From contig NIVC01000064.1 in NCBI GenBank assembly GCA_002269645.1, positions 372,001 to 436,000 of the forward strand: a stretch of DNA of 64,000 nt, written 5' to 3'. Position 1 is the first letter of the stretch. Every line of letters starts with the position of its first letter. The notes under the pieces are model-generated. The model was not told the DNA's origin. It ran no database searches and saw only the letters and a program-made list of their open reading frames with translations. The DNA comes from Macrostomum lignano (Eukaryota). A program made the translations under genes and the position numbers. Below, in pieces: positions 1 through 10,966 of this stretch.

Positions 1-378
1 CACCTCAGCCAGGTGCTGACCGCTGACCACTCCCAGCCGGGCAGCCAGGCGCTGCATCAACAATCCAAGAATGTGAGCGAGCAGCAGCAGCCACAGCAGC
101 TTGAAACCGGCGAGACTGCCGCTCTGCAGGTCCGACTCAACATTTCCCGGATCCAAATAGGCGATGCTCATCAGGAAGCCCGGACCAGTGAAGGCCCACA
201 GCTTGCGGAAGGAGAAACCCGTGCCGAAGCAGGCGTTGGGATCTGTGTCGCCCTCTGGGATGGGGATTTTTTCGTCAAAGTAGGTCTCGACTCCGTTTGC
301 AGCTGCTGGGCTGTTGGAGTCGGTCTGACTGGCCGAGCCATGCTGCTCTTCATCGAGCTTTGTTGGCGAACTGCTCAT
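1..378 (-). CDS. SLC11A1/2 (NRAMP): NRAMP-family divalent metal transporter (Malvolio/DMT1-like), 5' coding part; continues off the left edge
   Basis: Manual minus-strand translation from ATG at 378 to base 1 (126 codons, no stop): [11 protein letters not shown]...YFDEKIPIP...[72 protein letters not shown]. It contains the NRAMP signature AYLDPGN and TM1-TM2. The frame stays open to about 419, so the true start may lie in an upstream exon. Confidence 0.95.
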   Translation of the reverse strand, partial: MSSSPTKLDEEQHGSASQTDSNSPAAANGVETYFDEKIPIPEGDTDPNACFGTGFSFRKLWAFTGPGFLMSIAYLDPGNVESDLQSGSLAGFKLLWLLLLAHILGLLMQRLAARLGVVSGQHLAEV

Positions 379-420
379 CCCAATGGCTTCAGCTGAGGAC
401 TGAGGAAGGGGTTCGTCTCC

Positions 421-1110
421 TGTATCTCTCTACTTGCCTCAATCCGCCCTCTTCCTACCTTTTATCCGCCCTCTACCTATCTCTATCTGCCCTCTTCCTG
501 CCTTTTATCCGCCCTCTACCTATCTCTCTATCTGCCTTTTACCTATCTCTCTATCCGCCCTCTACCTATCTCTATCCGCCCTCTACCTATCGCTATCCGC
601 TCTCTATCTGTCTCTCTATCCGCCCTCTACCTATCTCTATCCGCCCTCTACCTATCGCTATCCGCTCTCTACCTGTCTCTCTGTCTGCCCTCTACCTATC
701 TCTATCCGCCCTCTACCTATCGCTATCCGCTCTCTACCTGTCTCTCTGTCTGCCCTCTACCTATCGCTATCCGCTCTCTATCTGTCTCTCTATCCGCCCT
801 CTACCTGTCTCTCTATCTGACTTCTACCTGTCTCGATCCGCCCTCTACCTATCTCTATCCGCCCTCTACCTGTCTCTCTATCTGACTTTTACCTGTCTCG
901 ATCCGCCCTCTACCTGTCTCTCTGTCTGCCCTCCATCTGTTTCTCTATCCGATCTCTACCTGTCTCTCCGCTCTCTACCTGTCTCTCTATCCGCCCTCTA
1001 TCTGTCTCTCTATCCACCCTCTACCTGCTTCTCTATCCGCCCTCTACCTGCCTCTATATGACCTCTACCTACCTTTCAATCCACCATCTATCTGCCTCTA
1101 TCCGCTTTCT
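421..1110. repeat. Minisatellite, 21-23 nt unit CCGCCCTCTACCTATCTCTAT
   Basis: Degenerate tandem copies directly upstream of the NRAMP coding region; possibly in a 5' intron (candidate minus-strand donor at 1132-1135). Confidence 0.9.
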
Positions 1111-1984
1111 ACTCTGCGTCCTTACAAATAGTTACCTGCTAATCCTATTTTAAGTGAGCTTATTAAATGGATTTTGGTTTCAGCTGAATTTAGACGGCAT
1201 TGCTTAAGATAAACTTTTTATTGATTAATTCTGCTGAAGGTAAAAATTTGTTAACCGGTAAATAATTGCTGACACCTTCCCAATTATTGTTAGTTTCCTA
1301 ATCAGATATTACGACACAAAAGTTACATCGGCTGTACATACCACAGCAGCAGGTAGGCTTCGGCTAACTTCGGTTGTTCGGGATAGTGTGCTAAATAAAA
1401 TCTATTTGAAATTTCAAATATAACAATTTACTGCTATATTTTAGATTGCCAAACTCGTTTCACTCGTTGAACCAAACTCTATCCCTCTTATCAGTTCACT
1501 CCTCGCTCTTTGCTTAAAGTCAAAGTCCAGTTTGTTATATGTTGCAGTTCAGAACTCTTAGATTGTACAGTAATTACTTGCAGTCCGCATGTCTCTCCCA
1601 GAGACTGTAAATAAATGTACATAGATTTCTATTGTATAAAATAATGTACATTTACCACTGACACAAACGCGCTGAACTCTATTACGCATTTAAAATTTAT
1701 GCGCGAGTTTAATGGTGGCCCGTTTGTTGTAATGATTGAGAACTACGAAAAATATGTAGCCCTAAAAAAGTTGTTTTTTAAAATAAAAGAACCTAAATTG
1801 GCAAGTGCACTAGTTAAAATTTGCAGGAAATGCCTGAATGTATCATACGAGTATTTACAGTATCGGCAAAATAGAAAAATGCAAGTAGCTGCAATTCTCG
1901 ATACTTAATAAGTATGAGCCTCGCCAAGCAGCACCAAGGGCGCCTTGCCCCTGGTGCTAAGATGCCTAAGATCCTAAGATGCCA

Positions 1985-2705
1985 GCACCAAGGGGCTTTA
2001 GCACCAAGGGGCTTTAGCACCAAGGGGCTTTAGCACCAAGGGGCTTTAGCACCAAGGGGCTTTAGCACCAAGGGGCTTTAGCACCAAGGGGCTTTAGCAC
2101 CAAGGGGCTTTAGCACCAAGGGGCTTTAGCACCAAGGGGCTTTAGCACCAAGGGGCTTTAGCACCAAGGGGCTTTAGCACCAAGGGCTTTAGCACCAAGG
2201 GGCTTTAGCACCAAGGGGCTTTAGCACCAAGGGGCTTTAGCACCAAGGGGCTTTAGCACCAAGGGGCTTTAGCACCAAGGGCTTTAGCACCAAGGGGCTT
2301 TAGCACCAAGCGGCTTTAGCACCAAGGGGCTTTAGCACCAAGGGGCTTTAGCACCAAGGGGCTTTAGCACCAAGGGGCGCCAGCACCAAGGGGCGCCAGC
2401 ACCAAGGGGCGCCAGCACCAAGGGGCGCCAGCACCAAGGGGCGCCAGCACCAAGGGGCGCCAGCACCAAGGGGCGCCAGCACCAAGGGGCGCCAGCACCA
2501 AGGGGCGCCAGCACCAAGGGGCGCCAGCACCAAGGGGCGCCAGCACCAAGGGGCGCCAGCACCAAGGGGCTTTAGCACCAAGGGGCTTTAGCACCAAGGG
2601 GCTTTAGCACCAAGGGGCTTTAGCACCAAGGGGCGCCAGCACCAAGGGGCGCCAGCACCAAGGGGCGCCAGCACCAAGGGGCGCCAGCACCAAGGGACGC
2701 CAGCA
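1985..2705. repeat. Minisatellite, 16-nt units AGCACCAAGGGGCTTT and AGCACCAAGGGGCGCC in alternating blocks
   Basis: About 45 tandem units read directly; the two variants form homogeneous blocks. Confidence 0.97.
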
Positions 2706-3719
2706 CCCTTTGGTGCTTTCACCAAAGGGTGCTTTCAACATTCGAAACTGTACGCTGTGAATTTGAACTTTTATTTGCTGTTCCTTCAGAAATTTCCCAC
2801 TGCCGTTGTAATTAAAGGTTTGAGGAATTATGTTAGTCTGTACATTCCCGACTTCGTGTGCGTACGTACATAGCGCATATAATTACTCGTACATGCAACA
2901 ATAAGAGTCTCACCAAATTGTTTGCCGAATCGGAAAAATTCATCCGAAAATTGTATTTCCCCGTCAAAGTTGGATAGTTTTTACTTTCATTTGCGAGATG
3001 AAAAAACCAGCTATAAAAACCTCTGCGCACGCATGCATGCGCAGGTGCAAACTCTGCAGATATAGTCTATATAGCGGGCCAAACCTTAAAGAATTTTTTT
3101 CACGCGCGGAACACAAAGCAGCAGGTGCAATAGGAATACCAGGTACGTAGATAAAAAATTCCGAATGAAGCACAGCTATAGTCGACCCAGATTTATTCAG
3201 CACAAGCACTCTAGCCTCGCTCTCTCGTCACTCTCACTGCGTGCAGTATGTTAACTGCATAATGTAGACATTGTACATGTATATGAGCGCACAGACCCCG
3301 TAACGCAATCCGACGTCAGTGAGCGACGTCTGCCCGACTTCGATGACAGATGTGCTTTTTACATTACATCGACGGATAACGACGTCCTACATCGGCTGAA
3401 TGTCGGTGTAATGTAAAAAAGTACATACAGAGTACAAAGAACATAAAAGTATAATGTATGTAAAATGTACTTTTACATTACACAGACATTCAGCGGATGT
3501 AGGATGTGTATTTGTCATTAGACGCCTGCCGTTTCTGAGAGGCTTCTAGCTGATCCCACTAGGTGACATCGTCGCTTCAATTAAAACTTGAATTCTAATC
3601 GCACAAAACCCGTTCGGGCGAAATCCATTTGACGCTGTAACTCACCGAGACTTCCCTTGCGATTATATAATCCCTAACAACATCCTCTCTGATATAGAAG
3701 CATATTTAAGCGACTTATC

Positions 3720-4663
3720 CAGGGGGCGTCGCCAACGAGGGGGACAGGGGGGACATGTCCCCCCCCCAGTAAAAGATCTGGGGGTAAATGCCAATGCTTT
3801 GTCCCCCCACCCCATACCAGCTTATGACCCGTTATGGAAATCAATAATTTTGCTGCAGGGCGACAAACAGCGCCTGCGGCGCTAAAATGAGTGCCTGCGG
3901 CGCTAAAATGAGTGCCTGCGGCTCCAAAATGAGTGCCTGCGGCGCTAAAATGAGTGCCTGCGGCTCCAAAATGAGTGCCTGCGGCGCTAAAATGAGTGCC
4001 TGCGGCGCTAAAATGAGTGCCTGCGGCGCTAAAATGAGTGCCTGCGGCGCTAAAATGAGTGCCTGCGGCGCTAAAATGAGTGCCTGCGGCGCTAAAATGA
4101 GTGCCTGCGGCGCCAAAATGAGTGCCTGCGGCGCTAAAATGAGTGCCTGCGGCTCCAAAATGAGTGCCTCCGGCGCTAAAATGAGTGCCTGCGGCGCTAA
4201 AATGAGTGCCTGTGGCGCTAAAATGAGTGCCTGCGGCGCTATAATGAGTGCCTGCGGCGCTATAATGAGTGCCTGCGGCGCTAAAATGAGTGCCTGCGGC
4301 GCTAAAATGAGTGCCTGCGGCGCTAAAATGAGTGCCTGCGGCGCTAAAATGAGTGCCTGCGGCGCTAAAATGAGTGACTGCGGCGCTAAAATGAGTGCCT
4401 GCGGCGCTAAAATGAGTGCCCGCGGCGCTAAAATGAGTGCCCGCGGCGCTAAAATGAGTGCCTGCGGCGCTAAAATGAATGCCCGCGGCGCTAAAATGAG
4501 TGCCTGCGGCGCTAAAATGAGTGCCTGCGGCGCTAAAATAAATGCTAACATAACCGATTCTGAAAATAATATACATGCAGGAATTTACTCCATGTACACG
4601 TACCGGTACATGTCCAATTGTTGGCTTTGTCCCCCCGCCATAAAATCCATGGCGACGCCCCTG
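3720..4663. mobile_element. hAT-like non-autonomous element (MITE) with an internal 21-nt minisatellite
   Basis: TIRs CAGGGGGCGTCGCCA (3720) and TGGCGACGCCCCTG (ends 4663). The 8-bp flanks GACTTATC and GACTTGCG match at 5 of 8 positions (possible eroded TSD). A homologous second copy lies at about 37441-37797. Confidence 0.7.
3875..4540. repeat. Minisatellite, 21-nt unit AGTGCCTGCGGCGCTAAAATG
   Basis: About 31 near-perfect tandem units inside the MITE. Confidence 0.97.
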
Positions 4664-5099
4664 GACTTGCGTGATAAAGCTCATTTATTTTTCGATCGGT
4701 GACTCTATTGCATGCATGGTTTTGTTTAACTTTTCTTCTACATGTGGCTGCATGCCAAACTCTTGCGAGCACTGCTCAAGCAAGAAGACTCTAGTAGAAT
4801 GATCTGACTATTTGGATTGTATAGCTGGCTGGCTTCTGCGCGAGCAAATACGATTTTATTTTAACGGACTGTCGTGCATATAACTATAGCTCTGTGATTT
4901 GACTGATCGCACGCCTTTTGTCAGCCAAAGTTGCTAGTTAGACCAAACCAAGAATCATACATGTATATACACAAGATGGGCCACTCACTAGCCACTTAGC
5001 AGGTGGCTAATGTGAAAGCTAATGTGCAAAAATTTTGCAACTTGCATCAGCGCGAAAGTCAACTACTACTGAACTCAATTTCGTCAGTAGTCTCTGCTA

Positions 5100-6460
5100 G
5101 CTGTTCATACAACATCAGACAACAGAATACGCAGATAGCGTCACAGGGCGCGCCTAGATCGCAAATGATGCCACGCCGCCGGCCGAATTCGGGGCGCCAG
5201 CGTCAGCCAGCAGGCAGTCGACGAAACGCCGAGTGCGCGCCTGCCTCCGCCGGTAGGGTGCCTGCAGCGTTAGCAGCAGCACCTCCGGCACCGGCTCTGG
5301 GCAGTACGACTAGGCGCGGATGATGTGGCCTGCCAGCTGGATTCGCCGACGGCTCAGCAAGTCGCTTGGACGGACCAGGCCGGCGCGGCGATACAAAGCC
5401 GCGTTGGTCACTCGCTCGTAGCCCATCTTGAAGGCGGCGCGCAGCAGGGCCAGCGTGCGCCGTGTCAATTGATAGGAATCCTAGGATTAGGAACACATCC
5501 GAAACTAACTCTTATATTTTATTCCCTAAACATAAAGACACTCTAATAAGTTGCGAAATGCATGAAGTCATTTCGCAGCGTAAATCAGATCAAATTTTAT
5601 TTGCCCTATTTAAAAATTTACTATTGCATATTTAAATTGTGAATAGTAAGTAATGAACTTTTTTACATCATTCCTTTTTGATGTAACACTTTTTAGGTAA
5701 ATACACTTAAACTATTTTCACGTTTTGTTTTATTAATTCAGTAGGGGCATTCTACTAGTACCTAACCCCTAGGTATAAATTGGCACGGGGCTAGCCCCTC
5801 AATTTCCCCTGATGTATTTTTTTTCATTTCATACAACTTATGGGGTAAATTCGATTATTTCAATTCTATTTCGAGCCATCCTGGTCATAACTTTACACAA
5901 ATGATCGTTTCAAAGTGACCCCTTGAATGCCCCTAGGCCCCTAGGGGTCCCCTAGATTGCCACTAGCTAGGCCGTTTTCTAGTGGGAAATTGTTGCTCGA
6001 GCGACTCCGTCAGCGTCCAGGTCTCGGCGTTGTACAGCAGGACGGTCTCAATCACCGCCTAGAACAACGCCGCCCTCTGGCGATCAGGTAAGGCCTCGGA
6101 CTGGCAGGACTGCCCACACAGAACGAAAGGCAGCCCAGGCAAATACTCGCGGACGCCAGGAACCAGACCGCCGAGGTAGACGAACTGCTGACAATGCGGA
6201 AGCTCTGTCGCCTGTCCATCAGCGCCTCGGCACGAAATCACAGCCTCGATGTCGTCCGGCAAGCAGAGCACGACGGTCTTCTGCTTTTTGAACACCAGGC
6301 CGACACTCGCCGCAACAGCAACTAGCTTGTCCATTTGTCGCTGGGCGCCCTCTCGACGTTGAGGACGGCAGGGCGAGATCGCCAAGCACGCTGAGCCGCC
6401 TCTCCGGTTGACGTCGACCCACGCGTCGCCGCAACAGGAAATCCGTCGTCGTTGGTAGGA
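5100..6460 (-). mobile_element. RTE-clade non-LTR retrotransposon, degenerate 3' fragment split by a 0.5 kb insertion
   Basis: 5993-6460 translates to RT C-terminal motifs (LSVLGDLALPSS, AQRQMDKL, VGLVFKKQKT, QFVYLGG, AVIETVLLYNAETWTLT). 5154-5471 continues with ALLRAAF...VTNAALYRRAG...RRRIQLAGHIIR. Premature stops and frameshifts are present. Confidence 0.85.
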
Positions 6461-9400
6461 AAGAGAGCTGTCCATGCAGTAGCTTTTGCGATCTTAAATA
6501 ATTAACTCATTAGTGCATGGGCATGTCCAAGATACATGTGTACGAAAATTCCGTTCCACTGAGATACCTGATTGGGAAGGCTTTCCCAATCGGATTATTT
6601 TATATCTGCATGACGAAACTAGCAAGGTTAAATTTTCCCTATTGTCAGTGGTTGGCTTTCGTTAATGGTAAAAAGCATTGTAATAGTGCTTGAAACAAAA
6701 AACATACAGCAGTACGTACATGAACACTACATATATGATGGGTTTCGACTTTTCGGCCCCCTTGTGGGGAAGCCTTCGGGCCTCAGGTCTCAGAAATAAA
6801 TCAATTAGAGTCCTGGCCCCCCACCTCTGTCAGATGGTCAGCTCCATGGTAGCTTGATCTTGTGGCGAGCAGTCTAGGTCCTATAGCTAAGAGAGGGACA
6901 GCGAGAGACAAGCAGGGAGAATTTTGAAGGTAGAGATCAGCTAATCCGCAGATTAACTAACCCGCCGCCACCAGCCCATGTGTCCTGGCTCACCAAACCG
7001 GAACTTTCGAAATCGGGCTTCCGACTAGAGGGGGCTTAGCACTTACCTGCCAACTAGTGTCTTTTTGCTGTCAATCTTGAAGTCATAGCCGATGTTAAGG
7101 GACACTGCTGGGACTTGATCGCATTGGCCATGCAGGTACAGAGGGGACTTGTGCAGGGGATTCTTGCAGTGGCGAGACTTTTGGGTAGCTACATGTACTA
7201 TTACATTGCTAAATACGAAGAATTGTACTTTTGCCTTCAACGCGCCAACTAGCCTCTCCTAGCGCTGATGATAGGCTAACTCGAACATCAGAGACCGCAT
7301 GATTCATTTACCCGAGCCGCTTGGCGAACCTAGAGTGCACAAAGTACATCTCGGCGCCGATTCTGCACTACTGGCAGTTTCGCTAACTGATTCGATAGAT
7401 TGATCGACATGAGAACTGCCTTGCCATTGGTGCCTACTAGCGCCTACACTAGCTTAGCCACTCATCTGAGCCATCGGCGAACAAAGTCGATAAAAAAACC
7501 GTCAGATTTAACCTTCTACTTAAATCACTTCACACCTCAGATAAATTGGAGCTTCAGACTACTAGCAGTATTATTGAATGGTTTCTGCCTCAGTAACAGC
7601 ACTACTGAACAAAATGAGCAAAAGTGTGCGCCTAATCCAGCTACTGCAACAGGGGACAGAAAAGGGATCACCCAATCAAGCAAGTCTAGGTAGCCTCTCA
7701 CCCAACCAATCAGAAACTCAACAGCCGGAGACCAGGTAATCCACAGTGACCGAATCGGCTTAGTGCTTCGCAGCTGCAGACCCGGGATGATGCTGATGTT
7801 TCAACCTTCGCAGATAGCTAGCAGGTGATGCTCTTAACTTTGATTAACTTAGCTGCTGATGACCGGGGGAATCGGTCCTTGATGATGATGGGGGGAGTCG
7901 CGATCCGGGGATCAAGAAACGACGGTCGGGCCAGGGAGAGAGCAAGTTCCTGGCCGGTCTCCAGAAAGGGTTGAAAAGTTAGTCCGAGCGGGCCAAAAAC
8001 ACCGGTTTAAATAGCCGCCAACTGGACCGCAGTTTGTTATAATGGAACACGTCGATTCTGATTGACTGAGCCGATTTCTTAAAATGAGCGTCGAATTTTC
8101 TGATTGGCTGAGCTTGTTGCCACCCAAAGTCACGTGACCGGGAGATCCTATCAGTTCCCTCGGGGTCGTAAAAATATGACAGGTGCGGCCATAAATCAAT
8201 CAAAATCGCAACAAAATGATTTATGACTTTTCGCGTAGAATTGACAAAAATTAATGAGAAAATATACATTAGAAAGCTCTTACATGTATTAAGTAGAAAG
8301 TGAAGGTAATGATCGAAGAGAAATCGCTAATCGCTAGTCCCAACGTACTTTTAGGGGTAAAACGCATAGCTGTCAAAGCTGTCACATGCTTCAATGAACA
8401 CGAACAATAGGCCCTGACCTCATAAATCTTGATGGCCTGTCAAAATGTTGAGAAAAAAAGCTATCATTCGCATCCTCTCAGACCATCTGGCGCCAGCCTC
8501 CGCATTGAGTGAGGCGCAGGTGGCTGTCAGATCAGCTCAGACGCAATGATTTATGACCCAAAAGCAGCAAAAAACCGTGCCTATGTTATTATTCTACAAG
8601 TGTGGTAGATTAATATAGCTAAAAAAGTCCTACAAGTATGAATTCTAGAAAAATTACAAAAAAGGGAGAAAAATGTCCATAACCTGCTGTTAGTAGGCTA
8701 GCAAGTTTAGAGCCCATGTGCTAGCGTGGAATTTGGGAAAGAGTGCGTCCTCATCATACACATGTATACATGTAAACTCTATAATTTCCGTTGAGACAGA
8801 AAAAAGTTAACTGCTATATCTTTCTTAAGCATATACATGTGCTTAAATCTATTTACGAGCACTATATATATATATATGTGGGCCAAACCAAGTTGAGAAC
8901 TCATACATGTATTTCAGCAGCAGTATATTGTGTACGTGTACAAACGTAATGTACTGCATGTAGATATGATCGTCGTCTTTTCCCCATATAGCTACAGATC
9001 GACTAATAAAGAACAATTCTGCCATTTACTGCATATAACTCAATGAAAACCTGCATATGGAAACCTTTATCATTTCAATCAGGTTAAAAATCCAATAACA
9101 GTGCTGCTGGGCATCCGTTTAAGCTGACGCATATATGACCGATTTACAAGTTGACTCCATGTCGTCCTTGCTGATGATAGCGATCGATAGAGCAAACATT
9201 TTGTCTGATTTTAATTAAAAATTAAAAATGTTCATAATTCAAAGGTATAAATTTGCGTATTGATAGTTGCTACGCAGTCAATTAATTTAGAGTTTGTTAC
9301 GGGAGCACCCATGTAATATCACGACGAAAATTTGCATTCTAATTGACATCTAACTATAGCCTAAATTATGCAGTCAAACTTTCAGCTCCAAATTTTAAAT

Positions 9401-9661
9401 AGCTATAGTATATTAGTATAGTATATTATTAAGTATATTGTTTGTAATTTATTTGTTGAACACAAAGCGAATTAAATAAAACAATTTATTTTACTGACCT
9501 AAACTAAACGTGTTACCTGTAGCCGGGATTTTAAAATGCGAATATGATTTCATGGAAAAATCGCATATGTGTTCTTACTTCGCCTTTGACGTGTCAGTGT
9601 GCGCCTAACCTTAATAATTAGATAATAGTTTCTGCCGTCATTCCATCTACCCACAGTTACT

Positions 9662-10642
9662 ATGAAATTTGTTTTTTATTGGACGTTTTTCTACTTGGCT
9701 ATTGGAATCACGTTGGCTGATCCTGCAAAGGATCAAGTTCTCTCGCAACGTGTGCAACAGCTCATCGACTGGAGTTCAAGAAAGTCTGTGATTCGACTGA
9801 ATTCTGATAAGTTCCGCCAATATGTCAGGGGACCGCCTAAAAACTATTCTGTTATCGTAATGTTGACTGCGTTGTCGCCTTCACGAGGCTGTCAAGTTTG
9901 TAAGTATGCCCACGAAGAATTTACAATTGTGGCTAATTCCTGGCGCTATGCGCAGTCGTGGACAAGCTCTCTGTTCTTCGCTATGGTTGACTTCGACGAA
10001 GGATCTGACGTTTTCTCGATGCTGAAGCAAAACTCCGCTCCTGTGTTTATTCATTTTCCCGCAAAGGGTCAGCCTAAGAAAGGAGATATAATGGACATTC
10101 ATCGTGTTGGCTTTCAAGCTGAAGTTATGGCCCGATGGATCACTGAAAGAACTGATATTCAGATCCGAGTGTTCCGTCCACCGAACTACTCATGGACTCT
10201 GGTCCTGGGTATTCTGATGTCCATGGCTGTTGGTGTTCTGTATCTCAAGCGAAGCAGCCTAGACTTCATTTACAACAAGAAGTCCTGGGGAATCTGCACT
10301 ACAACTATCATTTTTGCCATGATCTCCGGACAAATGTGGAACCACATCCGTGGCCCACCATTTTTGCACAAGCATCCCAACAGTGCCAACTTCATGTATA
10401 TCTATCCTGGTGCTGACTTCCAATTCATTGCTGAAACCTTTATCATTTATATAATGTATGCTGCTATTGTTGGTAGTGTTGTACTTCTTAATGAGGCCCA
10501 TTTGTCATCTAAGATTGATGCTAGCAAAAGAAAGGTCATTGCTCTGTCTGGAATTGGAATCTTTGCCATATTCTTTAGTTTTTTGCTTTCTATCTTTCGT
10601 AGCAAGTACAATGGTTATCCTTATAGCTTTATGTTTAGATAG
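9662..10642 (+). CDS. MAGT1/TUSC3: OST3/OST6-family oligosaccharyltransferase subunit, 326 aa, intronless CDS
   Basis: Signal peptide, thioredoxin-like domain with CQVC, VFRPPNY motif, SGQMWNHIRGPP motif, four TM segments and C-terminal FRSKYNGYPYSF. Confidence 0.97.
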   Translation: MKFVFYWTFFYLAIGITLADPAKDQVLSQRVQQLIDWSSRKSVIRLNSDKFRQYVRGPPKNYSVIVMLTALSPSRGCQVCKYAHEEFTIVANSWRYAQSWTSSLFFAMVDFDEGSDVFSMLKQNSAPVFIHFPAKGQPKKGDIMDIHRVGFQAEVMARWITERTDIQIRVFRPPNYSWTLVLGILMSMAVGVLYLKRSSLDFIYNKKSWGICTTTIIFAMISGQMWNHIRGPPFLHKHPNSANFMYIYPGADFQFIAETFIIYIMYAAIVGSVVLLNEAHLSSKIDASKRKVIALSGIGIFAIFFSFLLSIFRSKYNGYPYSFMFR

Positions 10643-10879
10643 GCTTGATTGACTTGATGAAGACTAAATAGATACATGGCCAAGTCAGCAATAACAAGTC
10701 TATTGAACTTGAGTAAAAATCTATATTATCAGTTTTTGTTCCTTTCTAGCTATTTGTTAAGTTTATTTGCAATCCAATATATTCATTTTGTAAGCCTATA
10801 TATTCTATACTAAAAAAGAAAGAACAAGAAACAAGACAAAAGAGAGTTCATATTTATAAAACATAGCTATAATAATTAA

Positions 10880-10966
10880 CGCCATGGCATGACTGACTAG
10901 GGACATGGCGGCCATGTCCTTAGACATAGAGTTAAAGGCACGGCCGCTGTGTCCCTAGTCATGGCG
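10880..10966. repeat. Imperfect palindrome downstream of MAGT1 (MITE relic or 3' UTR hairpin)
   Basis: GACTAGGGACATGGCGGCCATGTCCTT pairs imperfectly with AAGGCACGGCCGCTGTGTCCCTAGTC; outer arms CGCCATG and CATGGCG also pair. Confidence 0.6.

Noticed and set aside
13-396. 127-aa plus-strand ORF
   Set aside because: Antisense shadow of the NRAMP coding sequence.
3024-3030. TGCGCAC metal-response element upstream of NRAMP
   Set aside because: A single 7-mer is expected by chance in 64 kb.
3674-4702. SAAGTHF, KMSACGA and LILAPQA repeat proteins
   Set aside because: Frame-independent translations of a 21-nt array inside a MITE.
7043-7240. Small minus-strand ORF ending at a GTAAGT donor
   Set aside because: No recognisable homology and no partner exon could be linked; it may be a UTR exon but is unsupported.
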